A stretch of 63,265 nucleotides of DNA from Microbacterium sp. (GCA_036280835.1 DASUQB010000271.1:1-63265); one strand, 5' to 3'. Counted from the first letter of the stretch, positions 1 to 10,621 are shown. Notes: a model not told the origin generated them from the letters alone. Numbers and translations: made by a program.

Positions 1-26
1 AGCGGCGTGCTCAGGGTGTCGGTCAT
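1..26 (-). CDS. 5' end of a gene running off the window (MTDTLSTP...), product unknown
   Basis: ATG at 26 on the minus strand with a purine-rich AGAAAG upstream; divergent from the flavin reductase gene; only 8 codons visible. Confidence 0.45.
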
Positions 27-260
27 GGTCTGGCTGCGTGCTTTCTGGGGCTGGTCCGGGGCGCCCGGCGGGCTGTTTCGGACGGGTTTTCGGAGCGGTT
101 GCCTCAGTGTGGGAGAGACCGGGTCGCGGCGCCAACTCGCCGCGACCCGGTCGCGTCACGCGGCTTAACGGACGCGTCACACGACGTCACAACCGCTCAC
201 CGGACGACACAATCGGCGGCATCGAGCGGGTTCGCGCCGCTCCCCGGTTAGCGTGCCGCC

Positions 261-815
261 ATGACCCGCATTTCTCCGAGCGCCGCCCTCCGGGTGCCGC
301 AGATCGCCACCGAGCTGACCGCCGACGACTACAAGTCGCTCTTCCGCGGACACCCGGGAGGCGTCGCGGTGATCACCGCGGACACCCGCTCAGGACCGGT
401 CGCGCTCACCGCCACCTCGGTCGCGTCGGTCAGCGCCGAGCCGCCCCTGCTGGTCTTCTCGCTGTCGGCGCTGTCGTCGGCGTCCGCCGGCATCTCGGCG
501 GCCGAGACGATCGTGGTGCACCTGCTCGACGAGCACGACCTCGAGCTGGCCCGGCGCGGTGCGACCAGCGGCGTCGACCGATTCGCGGATGCCGCCGCAT
601 GGGCGCGGCTCTCGACCGGCGAGCCCGTCTTCCCCGGCGTGCGCGCGTGGGTGCGCTGCCGGATCGTGAACCGGATGGATGCCGGTGGCTCCACCGTGAT
701 CGCGGCGCACGGGCTGCAGCACCATGTGACCCGCGACCCCGGCGAGGCGGGCGGCGGACTGGTCTACCACAACCGTTCCTGGCATCGGCTGGGCGAGCAC
801 TCGATCATCCGCTGA
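261..815 (+). CDS. Flavin reductase family protein
   Basis: FRGHPGGVAVIT, TATSVASVSAEPPLL and C-terminal GLVYHNR match the flavin reductase-like pattern. Confidence 0.9.
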   Translation: MTRISPSAALRVPQIATELTADDYKSLFRGHPGGVAVITADTRSGPVALTATSVASVSAEPPLLVFSLSALSSASAGISAAETIVVHLLDEHDLELARRGATSGVDRFADAAAWARLSTGEPVFPGVRAWVRCRIVNRMDAGGSTVIAAHGLQHHVTRDPGEAGGGLVYHNRSWHRLGEHSIIR

Positions 816-1026
816 GCCGCGGGGCCCCGCCGTTCCCTGCACAACTGCGGGGATCCTCCGGGACACGCCGGGCCGAGGCAGCCGCCGTCGGCGTGTCGAG
901 CACGATCCCCGCGCTTGAGCCGCGGAATTCCGCGGCCCGGTGCACCGTTCGAGGCGGGTCTCCGCCCCCGCGGGTGACTGCTCGATGTGCATTATCGGCG
1001 CCGGCATGCAACCATGGAGACGCGAT

Positions 1027-1040
1027 GCAAATCGATTTGC
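1027..1040. promoter_or_regulatory. Putative LacI-family operator upstream of the GH68 gene
   Basis: Perfect 14-bp palindrome GCAAATCGATTTGC with central CG; related site at 14064-14079. Confidence 0.7.
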
Positions 1041-1091
1041 TTCCTTCCCCTGAGAATTTGCATCGCCTTCCCCTATGAAGGAGTCCGATAC

Positions 1092-2675
1092 ATGAACACT
1101 CCCCAGCGCCGCTTCAGGCGCCTGATCGCGAGCGGCCTCGCCGTGGGCGCACTCGCCGGCACGGCACTGTTCGCGGGATCGACCGCGGCGGTGGCCGACA
1201 CCGGCCTCGAGGAGGGCCCCGAGCCCACCACCCACACCCAGGAGGCCTACGCCCCGGAGTCCGACTTCACCGCGAAGTGGACCCGCGCCGACGCCCGTCA
1301 GCTGGACCGCCTCTCCGACCCGACCACCCCGTCGCGCGAGAACTCGATGCCGGCGTCGCTCACGATGCCGACCGTCCCGCAGGACTTCCCCGACATGTCG
1401 CACGGCGACGTCTGGGTGTGGGACACCTGGCCCCTGACCGACGAGGACGGCAACCAGTACTCGGTGAACGGCCAGGAGATCATCTTCTCGCTCGTCGCCG
1501 ACCGCAGCCTCGGCTTCGACGACCGGCACGTCTTCGCGAAGATCGGGTACTTCTCCCGCCCCGCGAACGTCCCGGCCGAGGACCGTCCGGAGGACGGCGG
1601 CTGGACCTACGGTGGCCTCGTCTTCAAGGAGGGCGTGACCGGCCAGATCTTCGACGACCAGTCGTTCAGCCACCAGACCCAGTGGTCCGGCTCGGCCCGC
1701 GTCTTCAAGAACGGCGAGGTCAAGCTGTTCTTCACCGACGTCGCGTTCTACCGTGATGCCGCCGGCAACGACGTGAAGCCTTATGACCCGCGCATCGCGC
1801 TCAGCGTCGGCAAGGTGCACGCGTCCGACAAGGGCGTGAAGCTCACCGGCTTCAACAAGGTGACCGACCTGCTGCAGGCCGACGGCACCTACTACCAGAC
1901 CGGCGAGCAGAACCCGTTCTTCAACTTCCGCGACCCGTTCACCTTCGAGGACCCGGCCCACCCGGGCGAGACCTACATGGTGTTCGAGGGAAACTCCGCC
2001 ATGCCCCGCGAGGAGGCCTACTGCACCGAAGAGGACCTCGGCTACCAGGCCGGCGACCCGTTCGCCGAGACCGTCGAAGACGTCAACGCCTCCGGCGCCG
2101 CGTACCAGATCGCGAACGTCGGCCTTGCGAAGGCGACGAACGACGACCTCACCGAGTGGGAATTCCTGCCGCCGATCCTTTCCGCGAACTGCGTCACCGA
2201 CCAGACCGAGCGTCCCCAGTTCATCTTCAAGGACGGCAAGTCGTACCTCTTCACCATCACGCACCGCAGCACGTTCGCGGCCGGCATCGATGGGCCCGAG
2301 GGCGTCTACGCGTTCGTCGGCGACGGCATCCGCAGCGACTTCCAGCCCGTGAACGGCGGCTCGGGCCTCGCGCTCGGCAACCCCACGAACCTGAACTTCG
2401 CGCAGGGCTTCCCCTTCGACCCCGACTACAACCAGCACCCCGGTGCGTTCCAGGCGTACTCGCACTACGTCATGCCCGGCGGACTGGTGCAGTCGTTCAT
2501 CGACACCATCGGCACGAAGGATGACTTCGTCCGCGGGGGCACGCTGGCCCCGACGGTGCGCCTCGACATCTCGGGCTCGACGACCACCGTCGACTACTCG
2601 TACGGCGACGGCGGCCTCGGCGGCTGGGCTGACGTGCCGGCGAACCTCGAGCTGAAGACCACCGGCAAGCGCTAG
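1092..2675 (+). CDS. Secreted GH68 levansucrase/beta-fructofuranosidase (fructosyltransferase)
   Basis: GH68 catalytic motifs VWVWDTW, FRDP and DQTERP; Arg-rich signal peptide; RBS GAAGGAG supports the start at 1092 rather than 987. Confidence 0.93.
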   Translation: MNTPQRRFRRLIASGLAVGALAGTALFAGSTAAVADTGLEEGPEPTTHTQEAYAPESDFTAKWTRADARQLDRLSDPTTPSRENSMPASLTMPTVPQDFPDMSHGDVWVWDTWPLTDEDGNQYSVNGQEIIFSLVADRSLGFDDRHVFAKIGYFSRPANVPAEDRPEDGGWTYGGLVFKEGVTGQIFDDQSFSHQTQWSGSARVFKNGEVKLFFTDVAFYRDAAGNDVKPYDPRIALSVGKVHASDKGVKLTGFNKVTDLLQADGTYYQTGEQNPFFNFRDPFTFEDPAHPGETYMVFEGNSAMPREEAYCTEEDLGYQAGDPFAETVEDVNASGAAYQIANVGLAKATNDDLTEWEFLPPILSANCVTDQTERPQFIFKDGKSYLFTITHRSTFAAGIDGPEGVYAFVGDGIRSDFQPVNGGSGLALGNPTNLNFAQGFPFDPDYNQHPGAFQAYSHYVMPGGLVQSFIDTIGTKDDFVRGGTLAPTVRLDISGSTTTVDYSYGDGGLGGWADVPANLELKTTGKR

Positions 2676-2683
2676 GCGGCCGG

Positions 2684-2713
2684 CGGCTCGGTCGCGGTCG
2701 CGCGACCGAGCCG
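2684..2713 (+). terminator. GC-rich stem-loop after the GH68 gene
   Basis: CGGCTCGGTCGCG-gtcg-CGCGACCGAGCCG, 13-bp stem. Confidence 0.6.
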
Positions 2714-2826
2714 TCCGCTCGGGATGCCCCGGGGTCGAGAGATTCTGGGGCATCCACCCTCTCCCTGAAGAACGCCCCGCCAGAACGCCGCAGCCGAATA
2801 TCCGCGAACGCCCAGGAGATGCTCAC

Positions 2827-4500
2827 ATGAACACTGGATCCGCAGCGCTCACCCACGCCCACACCGGTCGGCGCCGCCGCGCGATGGCCGTCGCGGCATC
2901 CGTTGTCGCCGTCCTCGCGATCGTCGCAGCGTTCCTCATCCCCTCGCCGTCGGTCGACGGCACGGCGCCGCCGGCGACCCCCACCTCCGCGCCCTCCGAG
3001 GCGGCCCCCGGCTTCACGCGGCCGTCGGAGTGGGAGCAGCACCGCCCCGCGGTGCACCTCACGCCCGAGCAGCACTGGATGAACGACCCCCAGCGTCCGT
3101 TCCTGCTCGACGGCGTCTGGCACTACTACTACCTCTACAACGCCGACTACCCCGAGGGGAACGGCACGGCCTGGTATCACTCGACCTCGACCGACCTCGT
3201 CCACTGGCAGGACCACGGCGTCGCGATCGAGAAGTACACGAACGGCCTCGGAGACATCTGGACCGGCACCGCGGTCGTCGATCACGACAACACGGCCGGG
3301 TTCGGCGACGACGCGGTCATCGCGATGGTGACGCAGCAGTCCGACGGCGTGCAGCGCCAGTCGCTGTTCGTCTCGCTCGACGGCGGCTACAGCTTCGACC
3401 CGTACGACGGCAACCCGGTGATGGACAACCCGGGAACGAAGGACTTCCGCGACCCGCGTCTGGTCTGGGACGCCGAGCGTGGCGTGTGGATCATGGCGCT
3501 CGCGGAGGGCGGCAAGATCGGCCTGTACACCTCCCCGGATCTGAAGGACTGGACGTACCGGTCGGGCTTCACCGCCCCGGGCCTGGGCGTGCTCGAATGC
3601 CCCGACCTGTTCCAGATGGCGGTCGACGGCGACCCCTCGACCGTGAGATGGGTGCTCGCCGCCGGAGCCAACGGTGAGGCGGAGGGCATGACCACCGGCA
3701 CGGTGTATTGGATCGGCGACTGGGACGGCGAGACCTTCACTCCGGACAGCGATGAGGCGCAGTGGCTCGATCGCGGCTCGGACTACTACGCGGCGGTCAC
3801 GTGGGATGATCCCAGCCTCCCGCCTGCGCAGCGGCTCAGCGAGAGGTACAGCATCGGGTGGCTCAACAACTGGGCTTACGCCGGTGACCTGCCCACCGAG
3901 CAGTGGCACGGCGGCTCGGACAGCATCGTGCGCACCCTCCGGCTCACAAGCGGCGACGCCGGCCTCGCGCTCGAGTCGAGCCCGGTCGACGCCCTGCGCG
4001 GCCTCGAGGGCGACCCTCTGCGGACCGGCGCGACGACGGTGATCCCCGACGACGACCTCGATCTCCCGGACCCGGGCTCCGATGCCTACCGGGTCACGGT
4101 CGAGTTGCCCGCCGACCGGCAGGCGGATGCCGAGGTGCGGCTGCAGGTGCCGCGCGGCGCCGACGGCGCCTTCACGACCGTGGGCTATGACTTCGCCACC
4201 GAGACCGCGTTCGTCGCGCGGGACGCCGATGCCATCGCCGCGGGGATGCCGGACGCCTATCGGGCGATCCGCACCGCGTCGGCTCCTCCTCGCGACGGCG
4301 TCGTGCGGCTCGACATCATCGTGGACGTGGGCTCGGTCGAGGTCTTCGTCAACGACGGCGCCGCCAGCCTGAGCATGATCACCCTCGGCTCACCCGACGC
4401 ACGCGGGCTGCGGGCGGCGGCGAGCCGGGGACCGGTGGAGATCGGCTCGGCGACGGTGACGCCGCTGCGGGTCGCCCCGGTGCAGCGCTCCGACGGCTGA
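2827..4500 (+). CDS. GH32 levanase, LevB/levanbiohydrolase-like, with N-terminal signal or membrane anchor
   Basis: WMNDPQRP, YYLYNADY, FRDP and ECPD motifs; basic N-terminus followed by a hydrophobic helix. Confidence 0.88.
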   Translation: MNTGSAALTHAHTGRRRRAMAVAASVVAVLAIVAAFLIPSPSVDGTAPPATPTSAPSEAAPGFTRPSEWEQHRPAVHLTPEQHWMNDPQRPFLLDGVWHYYYLYNADYPEGNGTAWYHSTSTDLVHWQDHGVAIEKYTNGLGDIWTGTAVVDHDNTAGFGDDAVIAMVTQQSDGVQRQSLFVSLDGGYSFDPYDGNPVMDNPGTKDFRDPRLVWDAERGVWIMALAEGGKIGLYTSPDLKDWTYRSGFTAPGLGVLECPDLFQMAVDGDPSTVRWVLAAGANGEAEGMTTGTVYWIGDWDGETFTPDSDEAQWLDRGSDYYAAVTWDDPSLPPAQRLSERYSIGWLNNWAYAGDLPTEQWHGGSDSIVRTLRLTSGDAGLALESSPVDALRGLEGDPLRTGATTVIPDDDLDLPDPGSDAYRVTVELPADRQADAEVRLQVPRGADGAFTTVGYDFATETAFVARDADAIAAGMPDAYRAIRTASAPPRDGVVRLDIIVDVGSVEVFVNDGAASLSMITLGSPDARGLRAAASRGPVEIGSATVTPLRVAPVQRSDG

Positions 4501-4534
4501 CGCCCGTCCCGGATGCCGACGCCTGACGCCCGCC

Positions 4535-5587
4535 TCAGGATGCCGGCGGCGCGACCGAACCCCGTTCGACGAGCCACCCGGGCATGAGGTGCAGTCGCCC
4601 GGGGGGCTCGTCCTCGGCGCCCTCGACCCGGGAGAGCAGCCGCGACATCGCCCACTCCCCCATTTCGGCGTGCGGCAGGGCGACCGTCGTCAGGCCGGGA
4701 TCCAGGGCATCGGCAACGAGATGCAGGTCGTCGATGCCCACGACCGAGAGGTCCCCGGGGACGCGCAGCCCGCGCCTGGCGGCGGCCTGCATGACGCCCA
4801 TCGCGATCTGGTCGTTGAAGCAGATGATCGCGGTCGGCCTGTCGCCGGGCTCCAGCAGCTGCGCGCCCGCCTCCCGACCGCCGGCCGCGTCGGAGGAGAC
4901 GCCCGCGACCCGGTCGTCACCGAGCTGCACGCCGGCATCTCCGAGCGCCGAGCGCACTCCGAGCAGTCGGCCGCGGGCCGCACGCGTGTCGTCCACCGTG
5001 CCGGCGTACGCGAACTCCCGATGCCCCGCGCTGAGCAGGCGCTCGCAGGCGAGCGTCGCGATCTGCGCCTCGTCGGGCACGACCGCGTCGACGCTCCACC
5101 CCGGCTCGGGCGCGGCGTTCACGAGCACCACCGGCACGCCGGCCGCCAGCGCCGGCTCCACGACGCGGCGGTGGAACATGCGGGCGATCAGCAGCCCGTC
5201 CACCCGCTGCGCGAGCAGCCGGTCGATGAGGGGCTGCTCACCCTCGTCCTCCCCCTCCGTCTCGGCCACGAGCATCAGCACGTCCCGCTCTAAACCCGCG
5301 CGGCGCGCACCCGCGATCATGCTGCCGGCGAACGGCGTGGTCGCCACGTGGTCGCCGATGAATCCCACGATGCCGGTGCGCTTGCGCCGCAGTCCGCTCG
5401 CGACCCGGTCCGGGGCGTAGCCGAGCTCCTCGGCGGCGCGGAGGATGCGCGCGCGTGTCTGCGCGTTCACGGTGCGCGCGCCGCTCAGGGCGTGCGACAC
5501 CGTCGTCACCGACACTCCGGCGGCCGCGGCGACGTCGCTGATCCGCGCGCGCGCCGGTCCGCCGCGCTGTCCCGACCCTGTCCCCAT
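4535..5587 (-). CDS. LacI family transcriptional regulator
   Basis: N-terminal HTH RISDVAAAAGVSVTTVS; CFNDQIA and LTTV in the sugar-binding domain. Confidence 0.95.
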   Translation of the reverse strand: MGTGSGQRGGPARARISDVAAAAGVSVTTVSHALSGARTVNAQTRARILRAAEELGYAPDRVASGLRRKRTGIVGFIGDHVATTPFAGSMIAGARRAGLERDVLMLVAETEGEDEGEQPLIDRLLAQRVDGLLIARMFHRRVVEPALAAGVPVVLVNAAPEPGWSVDAVVPDEAQIATLACERLLSAGHREFAYAGTVDDTRAARGRLLGVRSALGDAGVQLGDDRVAGVSSDAAGGREAGAQLLEPGDRPTAIICFNDQIAMGVMQAAARRGLRVPGDLSVVGIDDLHLVADALDPGLTTVALPHAEMGEWAMSRLLSRVEGAEDEPPGRLHLMPGWLVERGSVAPPAS

Positions 5588-5650
5588 TGCACCAGGCTAG
5601 GGGACGGGTCGGGACGTGACGGTGCCGGCGGCCGGATGCCCGGAGCGGCG

Positions 5651-7690
5651 CTAGTCGCTGTGCGTCACGTGGTCGACCATCAGGTGCCCCCACTCCCCCG
5701 TGGCGTCGTCGAGGATCTGGAACTGCGCCGTCTGCCCGGCGAGGTCGCGCACGTCCCACTCCACGTGCCGCAGGACGTTGGAGTCCGCACCGGTCGCGGT
5801 GCGGACCGGCCGACCGCCGACGAGCAGCTGCACGGAGGTCGCGGGCTCGACGCCGAGCGGGTGGTCGCCGCCCGCGACGAGGAAGTGCACGAAGTTGCGG
5901 TCGATCGTGAAGGGCGGCGAGGTGACGGTTCCCGTCGCCGCATCGCTGCCCGCGAACGTGTCGGCGACGCGGCGACCCACCTGACCCGGCAGGTCGGATG
6001 CCGCCGGCCCGGCCGCGGCCAGCCCACCGGTGGCGGTCCAGCCGGCGCCCCATGCGGCGCCCTCGAAGTCGCCGAGCGTGCGCGCCGGGCGCTGCACCAC
6101 GCTGCCGAACTCGGTGATCGTGAGGTTCCGGAAGGTCGCGGCTCCGCCGGAGGTGTAGAGCGCGATGCCCTGGTCCGACGGCGGGGCGAAGACCTGGCTC
6201 GAGTGCACGTACCGGCCGTCATCCACGAACACCTCGACGGTCGTTCGGTCGACGAGGATGCGGAGGCGGACGGTCGTGTCATCCGGGTCGAACGGGGTGC
6301 GGCTCTCGAGCTTCCACGGGTTGCCCGGATGCCCGGTCTGACCGCGGTTGAGGTAGGCGTACCGGTCGCTCACCCCGACGTCCGCGTGCCGGGATCCATC
6401 GGCCGACCGGCGCAGCTGCAGGCCGACGTTCGACGCCGTCGACCAGCTGACGTCGGCCTGCAGCTGGTACGCGTCGCCCTCGTACGCGAGCGGCAGGAAC
6501 CCGTCCACGACGACGTCGCCGAGACGGGTGACGTCGGTCGCGATGTTCTGCAGCGCGGCCACGGGCTGCGACACGAGGGCGAACGCCGATCCGTACCGCT
6601 TGAGCCGCACCTCGCGCGTGATCGAGTCGGTGCCGTTGAAGCCCTCCTCGGTCCACGTGGGGGTGGTGTGCGCGTAGTCCCAGTTGTTCATCCAGGCCGA
6701 CGCGTACCGGCGGTCCAGCGGCGCGGCCGGGTCTTCCCACGTGACGGCGCCGTACCAGTCGAAGCCGTGGTCCAGCCACTGCGGCGCGGCGTCGTCGAAC
6801 TGGAACGAGGTGCCGTCGAACGCGCCGGTCCAGTACGCGTACGTCGCCGGCTCGTCGGTCGCGTACCCGTTGGCACTGACCCCGAGCACCCACTTCATCG
6901 TGCCGTCGTCGGCGCGGATGCGGAACAGGTCGGGGCATTCGATCGTGCCGATCCCCGGGTTCACGTACTCCCACACACGGGACCAGTCTTTGAGGTTCGC
7001 GGACGTGTAGAAGCTGACGCGATCCTTCTCGGCGATGAGAGCCACCCACCGATTGCGCTCGGCGTCCCAGACGACCTTGGGGTCGCGGAAGTCCTTGCGG
7101 CCCTCGTTGGGGATCACCGGCTGTTCGCCGTGCGGGCGGAAGGTGCGGCCCCCGTCGACGGAGTACCAGAGGAACTGCGCCTGCGGTCCCGAGGCGTTCG
7201 CCTGCTGCGCGAGCGTCGGGTGGTCCATCTGGGTGACGAGCATCACGACGGCGCCGGCGCCGAAACCCGCGGTGTTCGCGGAGTCGACGACGGCCGACCC
7301 CGACCACAGGTCGTAATTCGCGTTCGTCATCTTCGGCGCGGCGATGCCCTGGTCGGCGAAGACCACCCCGTCGTACGTCGTGGCGAGCCGCCACTCGGTG
7401 CCGAAGTTCGCGGCGGGATCGGCGTTGTAGTCCGAGTTGTACAGGTAGTAGTAGTGGAACTTCCCGTCGACGTGCACGGGGCGCTGGGGGTCGTTCTTCC
7501 AGTGGTCGGGGACCGTGAAGTGGTACTGCGCGCGAAACGCGCCCGCGGGACCGGCCGCCGCGGGGCCGGCCGTCGCGACGGATCCGGTCAGGACCGAGAC
7601 CGTGGTCGCGGCGGCGATCAGCATCGCCCCCGCAACCGCAGCCCCACGGCCCCGGGTCCTTTGTTTCTCAGCAGTGCGGAAAGACGTCAT
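5651..7690 (-). CDS. Secreted GH32 levanase (levanbiose-producing type) with an extra C-terminal beta domain
   Basis: WKNDPQRP, FRDP and ECPD motifs; signal peptide; ~140-aa C-terminal extension (DFEG...WGHLMVDH). Confidence 0.88.
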   Translation of the reverse strand: MTSFRTAEKQRTRGRGAAVAGAMLIAAATTVSVLTGSVATAGPAAAGPAGAFRAQYHFTVPDHWKNDPQRPVHVDGKFHYYYLYNSDYNADPAANFGTEWRLATTYDGVVFADQGIAAPKMTNANYDLWSGSAVVDSANTAGFGAGAVVMLVTQMDHPTLAQQANASGPQAQFLWYSVDGGRTFRPHGEQPVIPNEGRKDFRDPKVVWDAERNRWVALIAEKDRVSFYTSANLKDWSRVWEYVNPGIGTIECPDLFRIRADDGTMKWVLGVSANGYATDEPATYAYWTGAFDGTSFQFDDAAPQWLDHGFDWYGAVTWEDPAAPLDRRYASAWMNNWDYAHTTPTWTEEGFNGTDSITREVRLKRYGSAFALVSQPVAALQNIATDVTRLGDVVVDGFLPLAYEGDAYQLQADVSWSTASNVGLQLRRSADGSRHADVGVSDRYAYLNRGQTGHPGNPWKLESRTPFDPDDTTVRLRILVDRTTVEVFVDDGRYVHSSQVFAPPSDQGIALYTSGGAATFRNLTITEFGSVVQRPARTLGDFEGAAWGAGWTATGGLAAAGPAASDLPGQVGRRVADTFAGSDAATGTVTSPPFTIDRNFVHFLVAGGDHPLGVEPATSVQLLVGGRPVRTATGADSNVLRHVEWDVRDLAGQTAQFQILDDATGEWGHLMVDHVTHSD

Positions 7691-7711
7691 CGGCTTTTCC
7701 TTTCGCAGCTT

Positions 7712-8719
7712 CTACGCCGTCGGTGTCACGGGGGTCCGCGAGTGCTCGATCTTCGCGAGCACGGATGCCGCGGCATCCGTCACGGTGAGCCGATCGCCGT
7801 CCCACCCGACCGGCATGGGATTCGTGACCCCGCCGACGAACGACCCGTCCGCGGCGGTGTGGTGGAAGGCGAACAGCATCCACCGCCCGTCCTCTCGGCG
7901 CCGGAGGAGGCGACCCACGTAGAAGGTGTCGTCGGTCACCGGATAGGCGGCGTCGATGTCGAACGGGCCGACGACGCTGTCGGCGGGAACCGCCCACGTG
8001 CCGCCGGGCGTGGACGCCCTCGACGGCATCGCCTGCTGCGCGAGGCACGAGAAGATCAGCACCGGGCGGCCGTCGACGACCTCGACCTGCGTCACCTCGA
8101 GCTGGCCGAAGCCGTGCTCGCTCGGTGCGCTCAGCGGCGGGCGCAGCTCCCATGTGCGCAGGTCCGGCGACCACGCGTGCCCGATCACACCGCGCCCGTC
8201 GACGGGACCCTCGGGCGCCCGCGCCGTCACGAACATGTGCCATCCGTCGCCGTCAGGGTCGGCGAAGACCCACGGGTCGCGGAACGCCTCGTCCTGCCAT
8301 GCACCGGAGTCGAGCGTTTCGTACCACGGACCGCTCGCCTCCAGCACCGGGCCGGGCGCCTTGGTCCAGACGTCGAGGTCCGTCGAGGTCGCGTAGCCGA
8401 CGCGCTGGACGTTCTTGCCGTTCGGCGCCAGGGATGAGCCTGTGTAGAACATGAACCAGGTGCCGTCCGGGTGACGGAGCGTCGAGCCGGTCCAGGTCGC
8501 GAGGTCATCGAACGCGGGCGCGTCGCTGCGCACGAGCGCATCGGCGACCTGGGTCCACTCGACGAGGTCGGTCGAGACGGCGTGCCCGATCGATGCCCGA
8601 TAGTGCCGCGCATCGGGATCCTGCAGGGCGCGAGAAGCGTAGAGGAAGAACAGGTGGTAGCGATCGCCGTCGTCGGCGAACCAGAAGTCCCAGACCCAGG
8701 AACCGGGGAGGTCGAACAA
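7712..8719 (-). CDS. Intracellular GH32-like beta-fructosidase (propeller domain only)
   Basis: WVWDFW, IGHAVSTDL, WTGS, FRDP and QLEV motifs; no signal peptide; TTG start. Confidence 0.8.
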   Translation of the reverse strand: MFDLPGSWVWDFWFADDGDRYHLFFLYASRALQDPDARHYRASIGHAVSTDLVEWTQVADALVRSDAPAFDDLATWTGSTLRHPDGTWFMFYTGSSLAPNGKNVQRVGYATSTDLDVWTKAPGPVLEASGPWYETLDSGAWQDEAFRDPWVFADPDGDGWHMFVTARAPEGPVDGRGVIGHAWSPDLRTWELRPPLSAPSEHGFGQLEVTQVEVVDGRPVLIFSCLAQQAMPSRASTPGGTWAVPADSVVGPFDIDAAYPVTDDTFYVGRLLRRREDGRWMLFAFHHTAADGSFVGGVTNPMPVGWDGDRLTVTDAAASVLAKIEHSRTPVTPTA

Positions 8720-8722
8720 TGC

Positions 8723-9682
8723 TCAGCCTTTCGCTGATGCGGCCGCATCCGGCCGCGATGAGAGGTGGGGGTCCAGATCGTCGCGCGTCGGCGGATCGGC
8801 GCCGGGGCGCGAGACGGTGATCGCCGCCGCGGCCGCGCACGCACGGAGGATGGCATCGAGCTCGGAATGAGGGATGCCGCGCAGCGCGTCTCGCCGGGCG
8901 GCGCCCGCGAGGCCGGCAGCGATCAGCGAGTCGATGAGCGCTCCCATGAAGGTGTCGCCCGCGCCGACGGTGTCGATCACCGCGGTCTCCACACCCGGGA
9001 CCCGGGTGACACCGCTCGCTGTGACGGCGTAGGCGCCCTCGGCGCCCAGGGTCACCACGACGACGGCCGGCCCCGAGCGCTGCCAACGCGCCGCGACCTC
9101 CTCCGGCTCGTCATCCGGATGCAGCCACCGCAGGTCTTCATCGCTCGCCTTCACGACGTCGGCGCGGCGCACGAGCGCGTCCACGAGCACGCGCGCCGCG
9201 CCGGCATCCGGCAGCAGGGACGGGCGGATGTTGGGGTCGTAGGTGACGGTCGCGCGACCGCGCAATTCGTCGACGAGCCGCGAGACGTCGCCGGCACCGG
9301 GCTCGAGGAGCGCGGCGACGGATCCGACGTGCAGCACGTCGGCGTCCGCGATGGATGCCGCGCCCAGCGCCCACTCGATGTCGAAGTCGTACGTCGCGGC
9401 CCCCGCGGCGTCCAGATGCGCGGTGGCCGTCGCCGTGCGTGGCGCATCGACCGCGTCGACCGCGACGCCCGACGCCTCGAGCCAGGCACGCACCGCCCGG
9501 CCGTGCGCGTCATCCGCCAGCCGCGTCAGGAGCCGGGGCGAGCGGCCGAGGCGCCCGAGGGTCAGCGCGACGTTCGCCGGGCTGCCCCCCGGTGCCTCGT
9601 CGACCGTGCCGTCGGCGCGGTGCACGATGTCGACGAGGGCCTCGCCGACCACGACGACCCGCGCATCCGGGCCGGCCGTCAC
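8723..9682 (-). CDS. PfkB family carbohydrate kinase (probable fructokinase)
   Basis: VVVVGEALVD, PGGSPANVA, DPNIRP and DTVGAGDTF; the GTG start overlaps the permease stop (GTGA). Confidence 0.92.
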   Translation of the reverse strand: MTAGPDARVVVVGEALVDIVHRADGTVDEAPGGSPANVALTLGRLGRSPRLLTRLADDAHGRAVRAWLEASGVAVDAVDAPRTATATAHLDAAGAATYDFDIEWALGAASIADADVLHVGSVAALLEPGAGDVSRLVDELRGRATVTYDPNIRPSLLPDAGAARVLVDALVRRADVVKASDEDLRWLHPDDEPEEVAARWQRSGPAVVVVTLGAEGAYAVTASGVTRVPGVETAVIDTVGAGDTFMGALIDSLIAAGLAGAARRDALRGIPHSELDAILRACAAAAAITVSRPGADPPTRDDLDPHLSSRPDAAASAKG

Positions 9683-10620
9683 CCCTTCACCCCGCTGGCG
9701 GCGATGCTGCTGACGAACGCGCGCTGGAAGATCAGGAACATGATGAGCACCGGCACGGTGATCATCGAGGTGTACGCCATCACCTCGCCCCACGCGGTGT
9801 TCAGCTGGAAGAAGTACTGCATACCGACCATGACGGGCCGCAGCTCCTCCTTCTGCACCACCATCAGGGGCCACAGGTACTGGTTCCACGCCGGCAGGAA
9901 GGTCAGGATCGCGACGGTCGCGAAGGCCGGGCCCGAAAGCGGCACGATGATGCGCCGGTAGATGCCGAACCAGCTCGCGCCGTCGATGCGCGCCGCCTCG
10001 TCGAGCGACTTGGGGATCGTCGAGAAGTACTGCGCGAACAGGAAGATCGAGAAGGCGTTCGCGATGAAGGGCACGATCTGCACCTCGTAGGTGTTGAGCC
10101 AGCCGAAGTCGTACTTCACCATCCCGCCCTCGATGACGAGGGTGGGCAGCTGGGCGACCCAGTAGACCATCGGCACGGCGATCGTCTCGAACGGCACGAT
10201 GAGCGTCGCGATGACGACCGCCAGCACGACGAACCGTCCCTTCCACTCGAGCCGGGAGAGGGCGAAGCCCGCCATCGAGTTCACGATCAGTCCGAGGCCC
10301 ACCGTCAGCACGGTGATCAGCACGGAGTTGAACATGAACTGCGCGAAGGGCACCCGGTCGAAGACCCCGAAGTAGTTGTCGAGGCTGATGTCGCCGACCG
10401 GAAGGAATGCCTGCGGCGAGTCGATGTCCTGCAGGATCTGGGCATCGGGCTTCAGGCTCGATACGAACATGTAGACGAGCGGGAAGAGGAAGAACAGCGC
10501 CAGGAGCGTCATGAAGACGTAGGAGAAGATCCTCCCCCCGCGACGCCTGCTCTTCTCGCTCCGGGGCCGGGATGCCGGCGTCGCCGCGGTGTCGGGGCGA
10601 GTGGACTGGTCGATGGCCAT
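9679..10620 (-). CDS. Carbohydrate ABC transporter permease (MalG-like)
   Basis: Multiple TM segments; EAA loop SLDEAARIDGAS. Confidence 0.95.
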   Translation of the reverse strand: MAIDQSTRPDTAATPASRPRSEKSRRRGGRIFSYVFMTLLALFFLFPLVYMFVSSLKPDAQILQDIDSPQAFLPVGDISLDNYFGVFDRVPFAQFMFNSVLITVLTVGLGLIVNSMAGFALSRLEWKGRFVVLAVVIATLIVPFETIAVPMVYWVAQLPTLVIEGGMVKYDFGWLNTYEVQIVPFIANAFSIFLFAQYFSTIPKSLDEAARIDGASWFGIYRRIIVPLSGPAFATVAILTFLPAWNQYLWPLMVVQKEELRPVMVGMQYFFQLNTAWGEVMAYTSMITVPVLIMFLIFQRAFVSSIAASGVKG

Positions 10621-10621
10621 G

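Noticed and set aside
8723-10246. Apparent N-terminally extended kinase; likewise ORFs 11620-13656, 33269-35011 and 34270-36939
   Set aside because: The extensions overlap upstream genes in other frames; coupled or RBS-supported internal starts exist
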